Part shown: one piece after another, positions 32,156-42,151 of the stretch
Layout: the number at the start of each line of letters is the position of its first letter
Numbering within the stretch: position 1 is the first letter of the stretch
Origin: a virus
Lineage: Duplodnaviria > Caudoviricetes
DNA length: 53,877 nucleotides
Reading direction: 5' to 3' (one strand)
IMG/VR virus record: IMGVR_UViG_3300046170_000029
Span: 1 to 53,877 of that record
Position numbers and translations under genes: made by a program
Notes under the pieces: model-generated
What the model was told of the DNA's origin: nothing
Seen by the model: the letters and a program-made list of their open reading frames with translations, nothing else
Database searches by the model: none

Positions 32156-33034
32156 TTATCTAGCTGAACCTGATATATCATATATAAAGTTACCTGACCT
32201 GATAGCTTCCATTATTGCATCAGCTTGTTTCTCATACTGTGCAGCGGACATTTTTTGAACGGCAGACTCAAGTATTTTTTTACCTGACTCTGCAGTATCC
32301 ACTTTTGTCTTTGTAGTTTTCGTTCCAACATCCATAGCAGCACCCTTGTCACTCTGTGTCTTAGTACTCTTACTAATGTTTCTGTCTGCTTTGTATAAGT
32401 CAATAGCTCTTGCTGCTGACCTTGCATCATTGTCATTTTCATAAAGTGCATCCTGTACCCATTTAGGTTGTTCTTCTGCCCAATCGTGAAAATCATCACT
32501 GTCTCTAATAGAATCAAAATCAGGATGAAGTCTCATTAATTCTGCTTCAGCTTTATCTTTTTGTGCTTCTGCAGACATCTCATCTATCTTCTGTAGCCTA
32601 GTTTCTATTTCTGCTGATTGCTCTCTTGCTTTCTTCATAGCAATTGTTTCTACAATCTTTGCTACATCAGGATAATCTTTTGCCCATGCTTCTATGTCTT
32701 CGTCAGACTTAGGTAGCTTCATTTCTTTCTTAGTTGCTTTATCTAGTTGTTCTTTTAAATCATTTAACTGTTTCTGAAACTCTCTTTCTTTTTCTTGGGT
32801 ATGTCTTCGTAAGTCTCCATAACGCTTTTTAAAAGTTTTCTCTTCAGCAGAAGTCGGTTCTTCTTCACTCGTATCTTCCGATTCTTCAGCCTTAGTTTCA
32901 ACTTCACCCTTTTGCTCTTTCAGTAGTTGTTCTAATTCTTGTTCTTCTTTTTGTATTCTTTCTTCTTGTGTGTAAGGTTTACTTACAAATGCAACTTTCT
33001 TAGGTGTTGTTTCTTTAATCATAGCGTCTGCCAT
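32156..33034 (-). CDS. Capsid scaffolding protein
   Basis: Charged coiled coil, FKKRYGDLRRH, HPDF, C-terminal YEK..DAIMEAIRSGNFIYD; directly upstream of MCP. Confidence 0.75.
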   Translation of the reverse strand: MADAMIKETTPKKVAFVSKPYTQEERIQKEEQELEQLLKEQKGEVETKAEESEDTSEEEPTSAEEKTFKKRYGDLRRHTQEKEREFQKQLNDLKEQLDKATKKEMKLPKSDEDIEAWAKDYPDVAKIVETIAMKKAREQSAEIETRLQKIDEMSAEAQKDKAEAELMRLHPDFDSIRDSDDFHDWAEEQPKWVQDALYENDNDARSAARAIDLYKADRNISKSTKTQSDKGAAMDVGTKTTKTKVDTAESGKKILESAVQKMSAAQYEKQADAIMEAIRSGNFIYDISGSAR

Positions 33035-33091
33035 TAGTCTTCTCCTTTGGGGTTATCGTAGCCATTTATTATTGTTGGGGGATAAGTAGCC

Positions 33092-33120
33092 ATTATATCA
33101 CGACTTAATTGTTAAGTCAA
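33092..33120 (-). promoter_or_regulatory. Sigma70-type promoter for the scaffold gene
   Basis: Minus strand TTGACT-N17-TATAAT; overlaps the palindrome GACTTAA-TTG-TTAAGTC. Confidence 0.65.
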
Positions 33121-33137
33121 TGAATTATTATTGTGGA

Positions 33138-35081
33138 TTATTTTTTAGAAGCTAACCCACCTTGCTTCATATACTTTTTCTTTAGTTTGCCGGATGCTTT
33201 GCGTTTAGTTATGAGTGAACCTTTAGCAACATCTTCTCCACCCATATCAGAACCCGGACCAGAATCAGGACCTGAACCATCGTTTCCCTGATTTGCATCA
33301 TCAGACACATCACTAAAATCAGGAGCAGATGGAGCTTCTCCACTACCGAATGTTTCCTCTACATTAAATCCATATTCGCCTCTTGCACCTGTACCAACTT
33401 CTTGTGATATTGTATCTAACTCAGATTCTACTTCTGCATCACTTCTACTATCATCTTCCATTCCTCTAAATGCTGATTTATTTTGCATTGCATTAACAAC
33501 TTGTTGAGCTTTTTTATTTCCTTGTTTAGCTTGTTGTTTTGCTCTACCTAATGTTCCAGCATATCCAAATTTACTTGCTGTACTTAAGTAACCTAACATA
33601 TCAGTTATACTACTATACTCAGCTTTATCAGGGTCATTACCTACACCATTACCATCATAAAAAGTTCCTGTACTACTTATCTGACCCGGATTAGTACCAC
33701 GAGCTATTGCAACATTTCCAGCACCTAGATTAGTATAACTTGGTGCTATACCATATTCTCTTTGAATATCTGCAACAGTTATTCCTTTAATGCCACCACG
33801 AGTTTTGTCTTCAGTGCCTGTCATTACACCGCCAAATATAGCAGTGTTAATAGCATTCTGTTGGTCTATTCCTGCTAGGCTTGCATCCATAGGGTCATCA
33901 AAATCATAACTTGTTGGGTCATATCCAAAAGCACCTGTAATAGCATCCCTACTTGCCATGTCAGGTTGACCAATACCTAAACCTTTACCACCACTGAATC
34001 TACTGACTGCATCATAAGCTCCCATAACTGAACCTATAGGACCTCCTAATAAAGACATCCCCGCTGTAGTTAAGTTTTTACCTAAAGTACTCATACCTCT
34101 TGATGCGTCAATTGCATCCATAACAGATTTACCTCTATCAGAAGAACCCATTTTACCTATGTTTTCTGACACTTTATCTTTTGTTTGACTAGCGAAATTT
34201 GTATCCACAAGGGAATTATCTATTCCTCTAACTTGGCTAGTGCCTGAAAGTACATCAGAATCATTATCACCTGTAACCTGAGTTGTTGTACCTGTAACTG
34301 GTGCTTGTTCAGTTTGAGTTTGTTGTTCTTCTGTATAGCGTCTATAACCTTCAGGTATAGGATATATAGGCTGACCATTTACAAAAGGAATAAATAACTT
34401 TTGTCCTGCTGCGTTTCTGTATTCAAATGTTTCTCTTCTAGCATTTACTGTAGGAATTAATTCATTAAAGGGAATGTAAGATTGTTTTTGTCTCGGTTCT
34501 ACTGGTCTTGGTTGAAATGTTTGACTAGGTACAAATGGTTGAAATGGAGCTACAGTTTGTTTATAGTTAGCAAAGTAAGAAGGTTGTGTAGCTATATTAG
34601 TAGGTACTTGATATGTTCCTGTAGGATTAGTAAATCCACCTACTTGCATATTTAATGGTTTACCTGCTACTGTAGGTACAGGCATGGGCTTACCTCCTAC
34701 CATAACATAACCACCTTCTGCCATTTCCATTTCCTCTTGTGGCTCATCTTCCTCTTCTATATCTAAATCATCCATGTCAAACGGAACATCATCAGGTAAT
34801 ATAGCTTCTTCACTATTACCCATCTGACCCATTGCTTCCATTTTAGCTAGACCTTGTTTAGCTTCATCACGTAATTCCATTATCTTTTCTAAGCCATGAT
34901 ATCTAACAACATCAGCAGGTAATACAAACTCTCCTTCACTTAATTGTGCAGGGATATCATCTCTTACTTCTTCTCGTGTAGAACCTGTAGGTACATCATT
35001 ACCTGATACTTCATCAACCATGCCTCCCTCATCTTTGAGACCACCATCTTCAAATAGTTCCATTTGTTTATTTAATTCCAT
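33138..35081 (-). CDS. Virion/head-associated protein of unknown function
   Basis: DDIPAQLSEGEFVLPADVVRYHG motif, low-complexity body, several xxxGG motifs, C-terminal GGLASKK. Confidence 0.7.
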   Translation of the reverse strand: MELNKQMELFEDGGLKDEGGMVDEVSGNDVPTGSTREEVRDDIPAQLSEGEFVLPADVVRYHGLEKIMELRDEAKQGLAKMEAMGQMGNSEEAILPDDVPFDMDDLDIEEEDEPQEEMEMAEGGYVMVGGKPMPVPTVAGKPLNMQVGGFTNPTGTYQVPTNIATQPSYFANYKQTVAPFQPFVPSQTFQPRPVEPRQKQSYIPFNELIPTVNARRETFEYRNAAGQKLFIPFVNGQPIYPIPEGYRRYTEEQQTQTEQAPVTGTTTQVTGDNDSDVLSGTSQVRGIDNSLVDTNFASQTKDKVSENIGKMGSSDRGKSVMDAIDASRGMSTLGKNLTTAGMSLLGGPIGSVMGAYDAVSRFSGGKGLGIGQPDMASRDAITGAFGYDPTSYDFDDPMDASLAGIDQQNAINTAIFGGVMTGTEDKTRGGIKGITVADIQREYGIAPSYTNLGAGNVAIARGTNPGQISSTGTFYDGNGVGNDPDKAEYSSITDMLGYLSTASKFGYAGTLGRAKQQAKQGNKKAQQVVNAMQNKSAFRGMEDDSRSDAEVESELDTISQEVGTGARGEYGFNVEETFGSGEAPSAPDFSDVSDDANQGNDGSGPDSGPGSDMGGEDVAKGSLITKRKASGKLKKKYMKQGGLASKK

Positions 35082-35283
35082 TTACTTCATCCCTTAATAG
35101 TTTTAATTTATTCAAAATTGCTATTGCACCTTGAGACCTATGTAGAGTAATTGTATCACTAGACTGTTCTAATAATTTATGTTGTTTACTTATCTGTAAG
35201 TCAATATAATCATTGAAGCTGTTCATTAGCTTGGGGTTGTTCACTAGCGGCTTGAGTTGCTGCAGCACCTGCTTGTCCATCAT
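35068..35283 (-). CDS. Small hypothetical protein downstream of portal
   Basis: LKPLVNN..HRSQGAI..LKLLRDEV; AGGA RBS. Confidence 0.65.
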   Translation of the reverse strand: MMDKQVLQQLKPLVNNPKLMNSFNDYIDLQISKQHKLLEQSSDTITLHRSQGAIAILNKLKLLRDEVNGIK

Positions 35284-37363
35284 TTCCTGTAAATCCTTGT
35301 TCATTAGGTCCTGGAGCTTGTCCTGTACCTATATTACCACCACCTGCTCCTGTGGGGTCTAATGGGTTAGCACCTACAGGTGGTTGTCCTGCCTGTTGTG
35401 GTTGTTGCTGTTGGGGTTGTGTGCTTTGCATACCTTTGAGTATTTCTGCTTGTACAGCAGCTTCTTCCATACTATTAGTAACTTTTTCTGGGTCAAGTTC
35501 CATAGACTTTGCTATTTCTCTAACTATATAAGGAAACTTAGCAAAAGGTGCTAAAGAAGGATTAGATGCTACTTGTAAGAATGACATTAGTCTTTGACTA
35601 CGTACTTCGTTAGCCATCAGACTTTCTGTTCCACGTGCAACAACTTCTAAGTCACCTTTTATATCTTTATTAAAGTTAAACTGCATATTAAAACGAAACA
35701 TACCTTCACCTAATGGTTTTAGTAAATAATCGTCTACATTTTTTATAACAGTTTTAATACTACCTGCAGCAGCATTCATTAACATAGATATACCTGAAGC
35801 TGTTCTACCTACTCCGGAGACACCTGTCTGTCCATGAGCAAATGATGGAAACCCTGTACTTTCGTCTGCAAGTTGTCTAGCTTTGTCAAACAATTGTAAG
35901 TTTTCATTTGATACATTAGGAAACTTTGTACCAAATATAGCTTGACCCGGTGCACCACCTTGCCTTCTAAATACTTTACCCGGATACACCGACAAGTCTT
36001 GACCCGGAACTAAATTCGTTTCATCTACTTCTATAAGTAAATTTCCTGACAACACTGCATTATCTACAGACATTCTCATAAAGCCATTCATTAAAGTTTG
36101 AGTATCATCCATATTTTCAGCTAAACCGACCCCAAAAAAAGAATACGGATTAAGTTCGTAAGGAACTGCCATGTAAGGTATTGTGGCAGGTTTAAAAGGA
36201 TTAAGAACCATTCTTATTAGCTTACCATTACTAATCCATATATTTGCCTGTAGCTCATCATATTCCTTTAGTTCAGCAGGTATGTCTACGTCATTTTCTT
36301 TAAGCATATCTACATCACACATACCCCAATACTCTAGAACCTCAAATCTATCAATTCCATGCTCAGGTGCATAATCAGATAAATCGTCTTCCCAATATTT
36401 TTTATCGTAAGACTCCCCTTGTTGTATAACTTCATCGATTACATTGCCACGAAAAAAAGGTCTCTTTTTAAGGGCACGTAATTGTGTTCTTGACATCTTA
36501 TGTCTTTCAATTACATATTGTGCTTCATCCATATTGGAAGCATCAGGGTCTGGATAAAAGTTCCAAACTGACACATGTGATGTAGAAGGTACTGTTTTAA
36601 AAACAGGACTATATTCACCTTCTTCATCCCAATTAGGATATTCTTTATCTACAGCAAAAGGACCTTTCATAACACCTGTACCAAACAAAGCCATCTCAAA
36701 TGCTGTGCTTCTTAACTGCTTACTTGCATTTGATTCTTGTAGCTGGTCCATAATTTGCTTTTCCATATTTTTGGCAGCAACCATAGCAGGACTAAGTGTA
36801 ATAGATGTAGGTGTTTTACCTACCCCTTCTTCCAAGCCTTCAATTTTTTCCAACTTGTCTTTAAGAGGTCCAAGCTTGTCTTGAAGAGATTGTGAAGTAG
36901 CTCCCTTGGGTAGCTCTTGACCATCACCTTCAAAACCATACGGAGAAGATAAAGAAGTTTCTCCCCTAAGTTGTTCAGGTTTATTGGGGTCAAAGTTAAC
37001 ATCCGCTGCGACACCTTCAGGTAAAACTGTTGGCTCAACGCTAATAGGAAACTTGTTACCTGCAAATAACACATCAACAATTTGTCCATAAGCTGCGAGA
37101 GTTTTGGTTTTAGTGACTTTAATAAATACTCTTGACTTTTCTGCTTCAGTGAATTGAACATCGCTTCCGTATAACCCCCTGTAATTTCTATAAGACCTTA
37201 ACCAACGTTCTTCATCATTATATCTATAATCTTCGGCACGTTGATATCTGTCCATGACAAAAGGAATAATGCCACTTATTCCTGCATCATCAATTGTAGA
37301 TTCCTCTGTATCTTCTAATACTATAGAATCATCTTCAAGTATTGCTTCATCTTGTTCTGCCAT
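35210..37363 (-). CDS. Portal protein
   Basis: 717 aa after terminase; FEMALFGTGVMKGP, WNFYPDP, PYSFFGVG, RTASGISML. Confidence 0.85.
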   Translation of the reverse strand: MAEQDEAILEDDSIVLEDTEESTIDDAGISGIIPFVMDRYQRAEDYRYNDEERWLRSYRNYRGLYGSDVQFTEAEKSRVFIKVTKTKTLAAYGQIVDVLFAGNKFPISVEPTVLPEGVAADVNFDPNKPEQLRGETSLSSPYGFEGDGQELPKGATSQSLQDKLGPLKDKLEKIEGLEEGVGKTPTSITLSPAMVAAKNMEKQIMDQLQESNASKQLRSTAFEMALFGTGVMKGPFAVDKEYPNWDEEGEYSPVFKTVPSTSHVSVWNFYPDPDASNMDEAQYVIERHKMSRTQLRALKKRPFFRGNVIDEVIQQGESYDKKYWEDDLSDYAPEHGIDRFEVLEYWGMCDVDMLKENDVDIPAELKEYDELQANIWISNGKLIRMVLNPFKPATIPYMAVPYELNPYSFFGVGLAENMDDTQTLMNGFMRMSVDNAVLSGNLLIEVDETNLVPGQDLSVYPGKVFRRQGGAPGQAIFGTKFPNVSNENLQLFDKARQLADESTGFPSFAHGQTGVSGVGRTASGISMLMNAAAGSIKTVIKNVDDYLLKPLGEGMFRFNMQFNFNKDIKGDLEVVARGTESLMANEVRSQRLMSFLQVASNPSLAPFAKFPYIVREIAKSMELDPEKVTNSMEEAAVQAEILKGMQSTQPQQQQPQQAGQPPVGANPLDPTGAGGGNIGTGQAPGPNEQGFTGNDGQAGAAATQAASEQPQANEQLQ

Positions 37364-37372
37364 ATTAAATCC

Positions 37373-38950
37373 TTAATATCCAAATGTAGCATCTGCCATT
37401 GGCATATTACTACTAGGTCTACCCATTGGGTCATAGTCAAATATACTAAATCTTGGTCTTGACATTATCCCATATCTTAATGCATCATATAAATGGTCTT
37501 CTGAATGTGTATCTATGTCCTCTGGATTCTTTTTATCAATAGGTAATGCAGGTAGTTGTGCTGTTATATTTGTACAAGTATTAAAGAAAACTAATCTTGG
37601 TTCTTCTGTAAACTCATCTACCTGTAAACGTCTATGTATTTCATTCTTTCCTGATACACGACTGCCTTTACTTCTATCTGATGGTCTCCAACGACACCCT
37701 TTCATAATCATTTGTTCCGCAAGAGAAGGACCAGTATCGCCACGTTTATGCCAAAGGCTACTGTCAAGAACACCGTACTTAATATTTCCATCACCTGATT
37801 CTGCCTCTAATATCATATCTGCCAAATCTGTGGCAAGGACTTTGCTAACATACAATTCTCTATATACAATAATTTGTTCAGACGGTGATACAGCAAACCA
37901 AAGAACCCCACTAAAAGAACCGTACCCATAATCGCAAGCTCTAAACTTAACCCAATTACTAGGTATGCGAAAAGGTTCAACAGTGTGAATACTCCTATCA
38001 AACTCAGTAAAAGCAGCACCTTCCTTAATATCCCAATCGCCATCCAATAATTGCCTTCGTTGTTGTTCAGGCAATGATAAGAGCATGGCTTCGTAATCCC
38101 CTTGCTCTGCAAGGTAAGGATTGTCTGATAATCGTGCAGGGATAAATCTCCTTTTAAATAACGGTCTTCCAGCCTTCGCATGTCCTGCCGGATACTTGAG
38201 CACTTCTCCTGTTTCAATGTCTGTTGCATCATACGCTTTTCCATAAGGTGATGGGTCAATAAACATTTTCTTTACCCAGTGATGACCCCTTCCACCCGGG
38301 TTAGTTGTTGCCCTCATGTAGATAGGCAAGTCAGGTGCAGTAGAACGAAGTCGTGACCTCATGTAATTCCAAGCGTATGGAGTAGACCATTGTGTTAATT
38401 CATCAAATCCTATCCAACTAAATGCCAAACCTTGATAACGAAGTACATCATCATCTCGGTCTAAGTATGACATCCATAACCTTGCACCCGATGGTGCAAC
38501 CCATTGCATCTTTCTTTCTGACCACTTAATCCCCGGATATACTTTAGGATATATTTCCTGAGATTTAAATATAAGTTCTCTTAATTCTTCTGTTGTATGT
38601 CGTAGTAACAATCCGCTAAATGATGGATGACCCATGTATCTTAGTGGGTCTGCTAACATAGCATATGATTTACCACCACCTGCTGAACCACCATACAAAA
38701 CTTCTCTTTCATTAGCAGCAAGAAAATCTGTTTGAGGTCCTTCGTTAGGTTTAAATATCACATTATGTGATTCTTCTAAAGACTCAATCTTTTCTTGAAC
38801 CTGTATACTAGGAGTCTGTACCTGTTGCTTCTTTTTTTTGGCTTGCACCTGTTCTTGCTTCTTCGATTTCTTTCGCTTTGGTGATTGCCTTTTCTGCATA
38901 CTCTGCCCACTTGCGTAAGCTTCTAGCTTTGTTTTTACGGTGTTGCTCAT
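37373..38950 (-). CDS. terL: Terminase large subunit (start probably downstream of 38950)
   Basis: Walker A YGGSAGGGKS, Walker B IGFDE, coupling ATTNPGG, nuclease DYGY and DHLYDALRY. Confidence 0.93.
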   Translation of the reverse strand: MSNTVKTKLEAYASGQSMQKRQSPKRKKSKKQEQVQAKKKKQQVQTPSIQVQEKIESLEESHNVIFKPNEGPQTDFLAANEREVLYGGSAGGGKSYAMLADPLRYMGHPSFSGLLLRHTTEELRELIFKSQEIYPKVYPGIKWSERKMQWVAPSGARLWMSYLDRDDDVLRYQGLAFSWIGFDELTQWSTPYAWNYMRSRLRSTAPDLPIYMRATTNPGGRGHHWVKKMFIDPSPYGKAYDATDIETGEVLKYPAGHAKAGRPLFKRRFIPARLSDNPYLAEQGDYEAMLLSLPEQQRRQLLDGDWDIKEGAAFTEFDRSIHTVEPFRIPSNWVKFRACDYGYGSFSGVLWFAVSPSEQIIVYRELYVSKVLATDLADMILEAESGDGNIKYGVLDSSLWHKRGDTGPSLAEQMIMKGCRWRPSDRSKGSRVSGKNEIHRRLQVDEFTEEPRLVFFNTCTNITAQLPALPIDKKNPEDIDTHSEDHLYDALRYGIMSRPRFSIFDYDPMGRPSSNMPMADATFGY

Positions 38951-39236
38951 TATCCAATCTTTTTCTTAAACCTACGTGTGAAATATATCTACCTGTTTGT
39001 TTACTTAACCAATTAGCTACTTCACGATAAGAATATTGATTTACATATTTACGAGCCATCTCTAGCTTGTTTAGTTCGTCAGGTATAGGGTCTAGTAAGT
39101 AAGAGTCATCTTCATTTAGTTTGTAGCCAAAAGGAACAGTCCTTGCTATTCTTGGTATCTGTATCCATTCAGTTTCATCTTTTAAATCTGTTGGCTGTGG
39201 TAACTTCCATCTACCTATAGACCTAGCTGTTGTCAT
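38808..39236 (-). CDS. DNA-binding protein with recombinase-like PFGY/HTH domain
   Basis: TVPFGYKL...YSYREVANWLSKQTGRYISHVGLRKRL. Confidence 0.55.
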   Translation of the reverse strand: MTTARSIGRWKLPQPTDLKDETEWIQIPRIARTVPFGYKLNEDDSYLLDPIPDELNKLEMARKYVNQYSYREVANWLSKQTGRYISHVGLRKRLDNEQHRKNKARSLRKWAEYAEKAITKAKEIEEARTGASQKKEATGTDS

Positions 39237-39606
39237 CTTCTTCTTGTTCTACTTGTTTGGGTGGCATTAATACAACTCCACCCGTTGCTTCAACCTGCAT
39301 CTTCTCAGTTTTTACTAAACCTGTTCTATCTAACAGTTCTTTTGCTGCAGTCATCTTATCTCTTATACCTAACTCAGTAGGGTCATACAAACCTCCTACC
39401 ATAGCCATAGCAGCTTTAGGTGCATTCCTACTCATGTATAATTGAGTAGCTTCCATGATTTCATCTTTCATAGATTTAACTACTTCAGACGTATTAGATT
39501 TATCAGAATACCCTGCTAACTTTTTAGCCGCTACTACATCTCCACCTGCTTCATCAAATAAAACAGCTAGAAACTTTTGTTGTCTTTCAGTTAATTCTCT
39601 ACTCAT
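39223..39606 (-). CDS. terS: Terminase small subunit
   Basis: LTERQQKFL..AAKKLAGYS..AAKELLDRTG. Confidence 0.7.
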   Translation of the reverse strand: MSRELTERQQKFLAVLFDEAGGDVVAAKKLAGYSDKSNTSEVVKSMKDEIMEATQLYMSRNAPKAAMAMVGGLYDPTELGIRDKMTAAKELLDRTGLVKTEKMQVEATGGVVLMPPKQVEQEEDDNS

Positions 39607-40070
39607 ACTGGTGGGTTCTCTCTATGATGTTGCCTATCCACAATTGCTATTAGACGTTTTGCTCTATTGGGAGTTTGTTTAAACCAACGAGAGTCTTCCA
39701 TTTCGTCTGCCATTTTATGCCAATCTAAATCTTCTACGGCAGCAATCATGTTCTTAAATTTAGATAAGCGAGGTCTACCTAATTGGAAACACATATTAGC
39801 CAATACATGTTGTATATCTTCAGGTAGATTATCGAATTGCGAAAACAATAGGTTACAATCTTTTATAGTTGTTTCTATGTCTTTCGCAAACCAATCATCC
39901 ACTTGTTCGTGTGGAATCCTTGTTCCTATGGGTTTTTCGTAATACTCTTCATCCCATTCTGTAATCAGATGTCCAATACCCCCTGTAGGGTATCCTTCTG
40001 AACATTTATATATTTCGTACTTAACGCCTTCATCGTCTGCTATTTCATCTTGTAATTTTATTAAGTTCAT
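39603..40070 (-). CDS. Endolysin, T4-lysozyme-like (GH24)
   Basis: DEG..YKCSEGYPTGGIGH, NMCFQLG, SRWFKQTPNRAKR. Confidence 0.9.
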   Translation of the reverse strand: MNLIKLQDEIADDEGVKYEIYKCSEGYPTGGIGHLITEWDEEYYEKPIGTRIPHEQVDDWFAKDIETTIKDCNLLFSQFDNLPEDIQHVLANMCFQLGRPRLSKFKNMIAAVEDLDWHKMADEMEDSRWFKQTPNRAKRLIAIVDRQHHRENPPV

Positions 40071-40310
40071 TTAGTTATTTACTTTCCTTGCTGTTGTACT
40101 AATCATGTGTTCTAAGTGACTTACTAAAATCTTTCTCATATTCTCTGCTCTTTGTCTATCTGTAAAAGAATATTCACGAATATCATCATTACTTATTTTA
40201 AGTGAGAATGTATAGAAAGCACCTTTCTTTATAATACTAGAAGCACTGCCATTGGCTACCCTAGCAGGATTAATTAGCGTACCAAAGTTTGTTTCAATTA
40301 CGTTTGTCAT
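40071..40310 (-). CDS. Hypothetical protein
   Basis: ORF tightly coupled between holin and endolysin. Confidence 0.65.
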   Translation of the reverse strand: MTNVIETNFGTLINPARVANGSASSIIKKGAFYTFSLKISNDDIREYSFTDRQRAENMRKILVSHLEHMISTTARKVNN

Positions 40311-40702
40311 TACTTCTTCCCCATAATCTTCATAGCTTGTCCTGCACCTTTGATACCAAATGATGCACTAATAGCTATAAACAAAAGGTACTGATACCAT
40401 TCAGGTAGTGTATTCAATACCTCAAATCCTGTTCTTACATATTCTGTCATGCTAGGAATGAACACTAGTATAGCAGGTAAAAGTAAAACTGTCAAGGCAA
40501 ATTCGTCTTTCCATGAATTATCTGTGGCATCTGCCATAGACTTTTCCCATTCAACTTCGCCTGTTGCTACCTTCTCAGCTACAACTGCTTTAGCTTTAGC
40601 TTGTGCTACCTTTGCCTGTCCTTCAGCTTTAACCTTCTCAACCTTGCTGTCCATCCAAGAACTAGCGAGATTTGCGATTGGTCCTATCAACGCTGTTAAC
40701 AT
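40310..40702 (-). CDS. Putative holin (3TM/GTA-holin-like)
   Basis: SWKDE..TM..LPEWYQY..ASFGIK; adjacent to endolysin; AAGGAG RBS. Confidence 0.65.
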   Translation of the reverse strand: MLTALIGPIANLASSWMDSKVEKVKAEGQAKVAQAKAKAVVAEKVATGEVEWEKSMADATDNSWKDEFALTVLLLPAILVFIPSMTEYVRTGFEVLNTLPEWYQYLLFIAISASFGIKGAGQAMKIMGKK

Positions 40703-40910
40703 GATTATCTCCTTTATGTTCGTGACCCATCCAAATGCCAAAGACACCTGTCATCACACCCATAACTACTGACACGAAAGCTGACTGAGCCGCTGTTGGT
40801 GCATCAAGTTCCATAAACCATTCTGCACATCTCCATGACATTACTGTGCTTGCAAGCATCATACATCTAGGAAGTATCTTCCATTCTAAGAATTGTTCAA
40901 CGGTTACCAC
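40662..40910 (-). CDS. Small two-TM membrane protein
   Basis: WKILPR.MML..WFM..PT..QSAFVSVV.G.MTG.FGIW. Confidence 0.6.
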   Translation of the reverse strand: MVTVEQFLEWKILPRCMMLASTVMSWRCAEWFMELDAPTAAQSAFVSVVMGVMTGVFGIWMGHEHKGDNHVNSVDRTNRKSR

Positions 40911-41037
40911 TAAAGTCTTTCCTGCCTAATTCTTTGTTTTGCTTGCCACTGTCTCAGAGCCTTTACGTGTTTTAGCATTAGATAGTTTCCTACCTTCTGG
41001 AAGGGCTTCGCTAATTTTAGATATAGCTCGTATTTTC

Positions 41038-41283
41038 TCATCTAAATCTCTTCGTTTTTGCAGCAATCTTTTTGGGCTGTTTAGATACCTGTTTACCTGC
41101 TCTAGTTGCTTTTCGTTTAGCAGCCGTAGAGGCGGCGTATTCTTGGGGAGAAAGAGCCTTAATTGCTTTCGCAGGTAGATAACGCTCACCTGTAGCTTTT
41201 GACCCCTGTGTACTAGGCTTCCCACTTTTAGTTCTCCACTTTTGTTTTGTCCAGTTTGCCAGTGATTTTTGTGGTTTTTTCAT
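41038..41283 (-). CDS. DUF5872-like protein, C-terminal half
   Basis: QKSLANWTKQKWRTKSG..TGERYLPAKA..LSP.EY..KRK..GKQ. Confidence 0.65.
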   Translation of the reverse strand: MKKPQKSLANWTKQKWRTKSGKPSTQGSKATGERYLPAKAIKALSPQEYAASTAAKRKATRAGKQVSKQPKKIAAKTKRFR

Positions 41284-41383
41284 ATGCTTCCTTTATTTGT
41301 TCTATTGTTCTAAAGCATCCTGTACAGACATTTCCTTGTAACTTGCAGATGCCTACACACGGACTCAAAACTTCCCTACCCAT
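41228..41383 (-). CDS. DUF1289-like Cys-rich small protein (51 aa, not in ORF track)
   Basis: MGREVLSPCVGICKLQGNVCTGCFRTIEQI. Confidence 0.6.
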   Translation of the reverse strand: MGREVLSPCVGICKLQGNVCTGCFRTIEQIKEAYEKTTKITGKLDKTKVEN

Positions 41384-41808
41384 TTACCTGCTGCCCATGC
41401 TAACAGTCCTGCAAAGAATATAACAACTATAAATGCTATTCCGTAACCTACATATTCCATCAACTCTTGTTGACGCTTCTCTGCCATCTTTTCTTGATAA
41501 CGTCTAGACTTACGAGCTTCAGCTTGAAAAGCTTGCCAATCTTGCCATAATCCGGGTCTGCCTAGATATATCATCATCTTCTTGAGTTCTTCTTCTTTTT
41601 CTTTTATCTGCTCAAGAGCCATGAACTCTTCTAGGTCTGTGCCTCCTACGCCTTTAGCTTTCTTTTTCTTTAGGTTCTTTTCTATTGCTTCTTTAGAGAA
41701 TACGAAATCGCTTATATGTTTTGCACATCCACTCAGTTCTTTACCGTTGGACACGAATTGTTTTATAACACTGAAAGCAGCGTTTGCTGCAGCTAATTCT
41801 GCCAACAT
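41365..41808 (-). CDS. Hypothetical protein with C-terminal TM
   Basis: MLAELAAANAAF..; coiled coil then hydrophobic helix. Confidence 0.7.
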   Translation of the reverse strand: MLAELAAANAAFSVIKQFVSNGKELSGCAKHISDFVFSKEAIEKNLKKKKAKGVGGTDLEEFMALEQIKEKEEELKKMMIYLGRPGLWQDWQAFQAEARKSRRYQEKMAEKRQQELMEYVGYGIAFIVVIFFAGLLAWAAGKWVGKF

Positions 41809-41811
41809 TGT

Positions 41812-42150
41812 TTAATTCCTTTGTGGTATATAGGATTCTTTTACACGAACAGATACTGTTACTGCACTACCTGCACTTGCTAATCCTCTTAACTTATCTC
41901 CTTTGTATAACCAAAATGGTTCGCTATTTATCTGAAGCATTGAATTACCTAATAGTTCTACTGTCTCAGCTAAAGTGTAGTATGTTGTATTTTGGCTATC
42001 ATACCAATCCAAGCTAAATGTTACATTAGATGAACTAGCATTGCTTATAAAGATGCTGTATACTTCTGCTTCATAGTTGGATGGAACTGTATAGATGTCA
42101 CCATTAGATGTGCCTAGTTCTAATGCTACTGTACGATTTTTTGCTTCCAT
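41812..42150 (-). CDS. Small beta-rich virion-like protein
   Basis: IYTVP...SIFISN...L.KGDKL motif. Confidence 0.6.
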   Translation of the reverse strand: MEAKNRTVALELGTSNGDIYTVPSNYEAEVYSIFISNASSSNVTFSLDWYDSQNTTYYTLAETVELLGNSMLQINSEPFWLYKGDKLRGLASAGSAVTVSVRVKESYIPQRN

Positions 42151-42151
42151 C

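Noticed and set aside
40926-41225. 99-aa minus-strand ORF overlapping the DUF5872-like C-half
   Set aside because: Mostly an alternate frame of 41038-41283. Only its last ~40 codons (from ~41045) could be a real small gene, and I cannot support a function.
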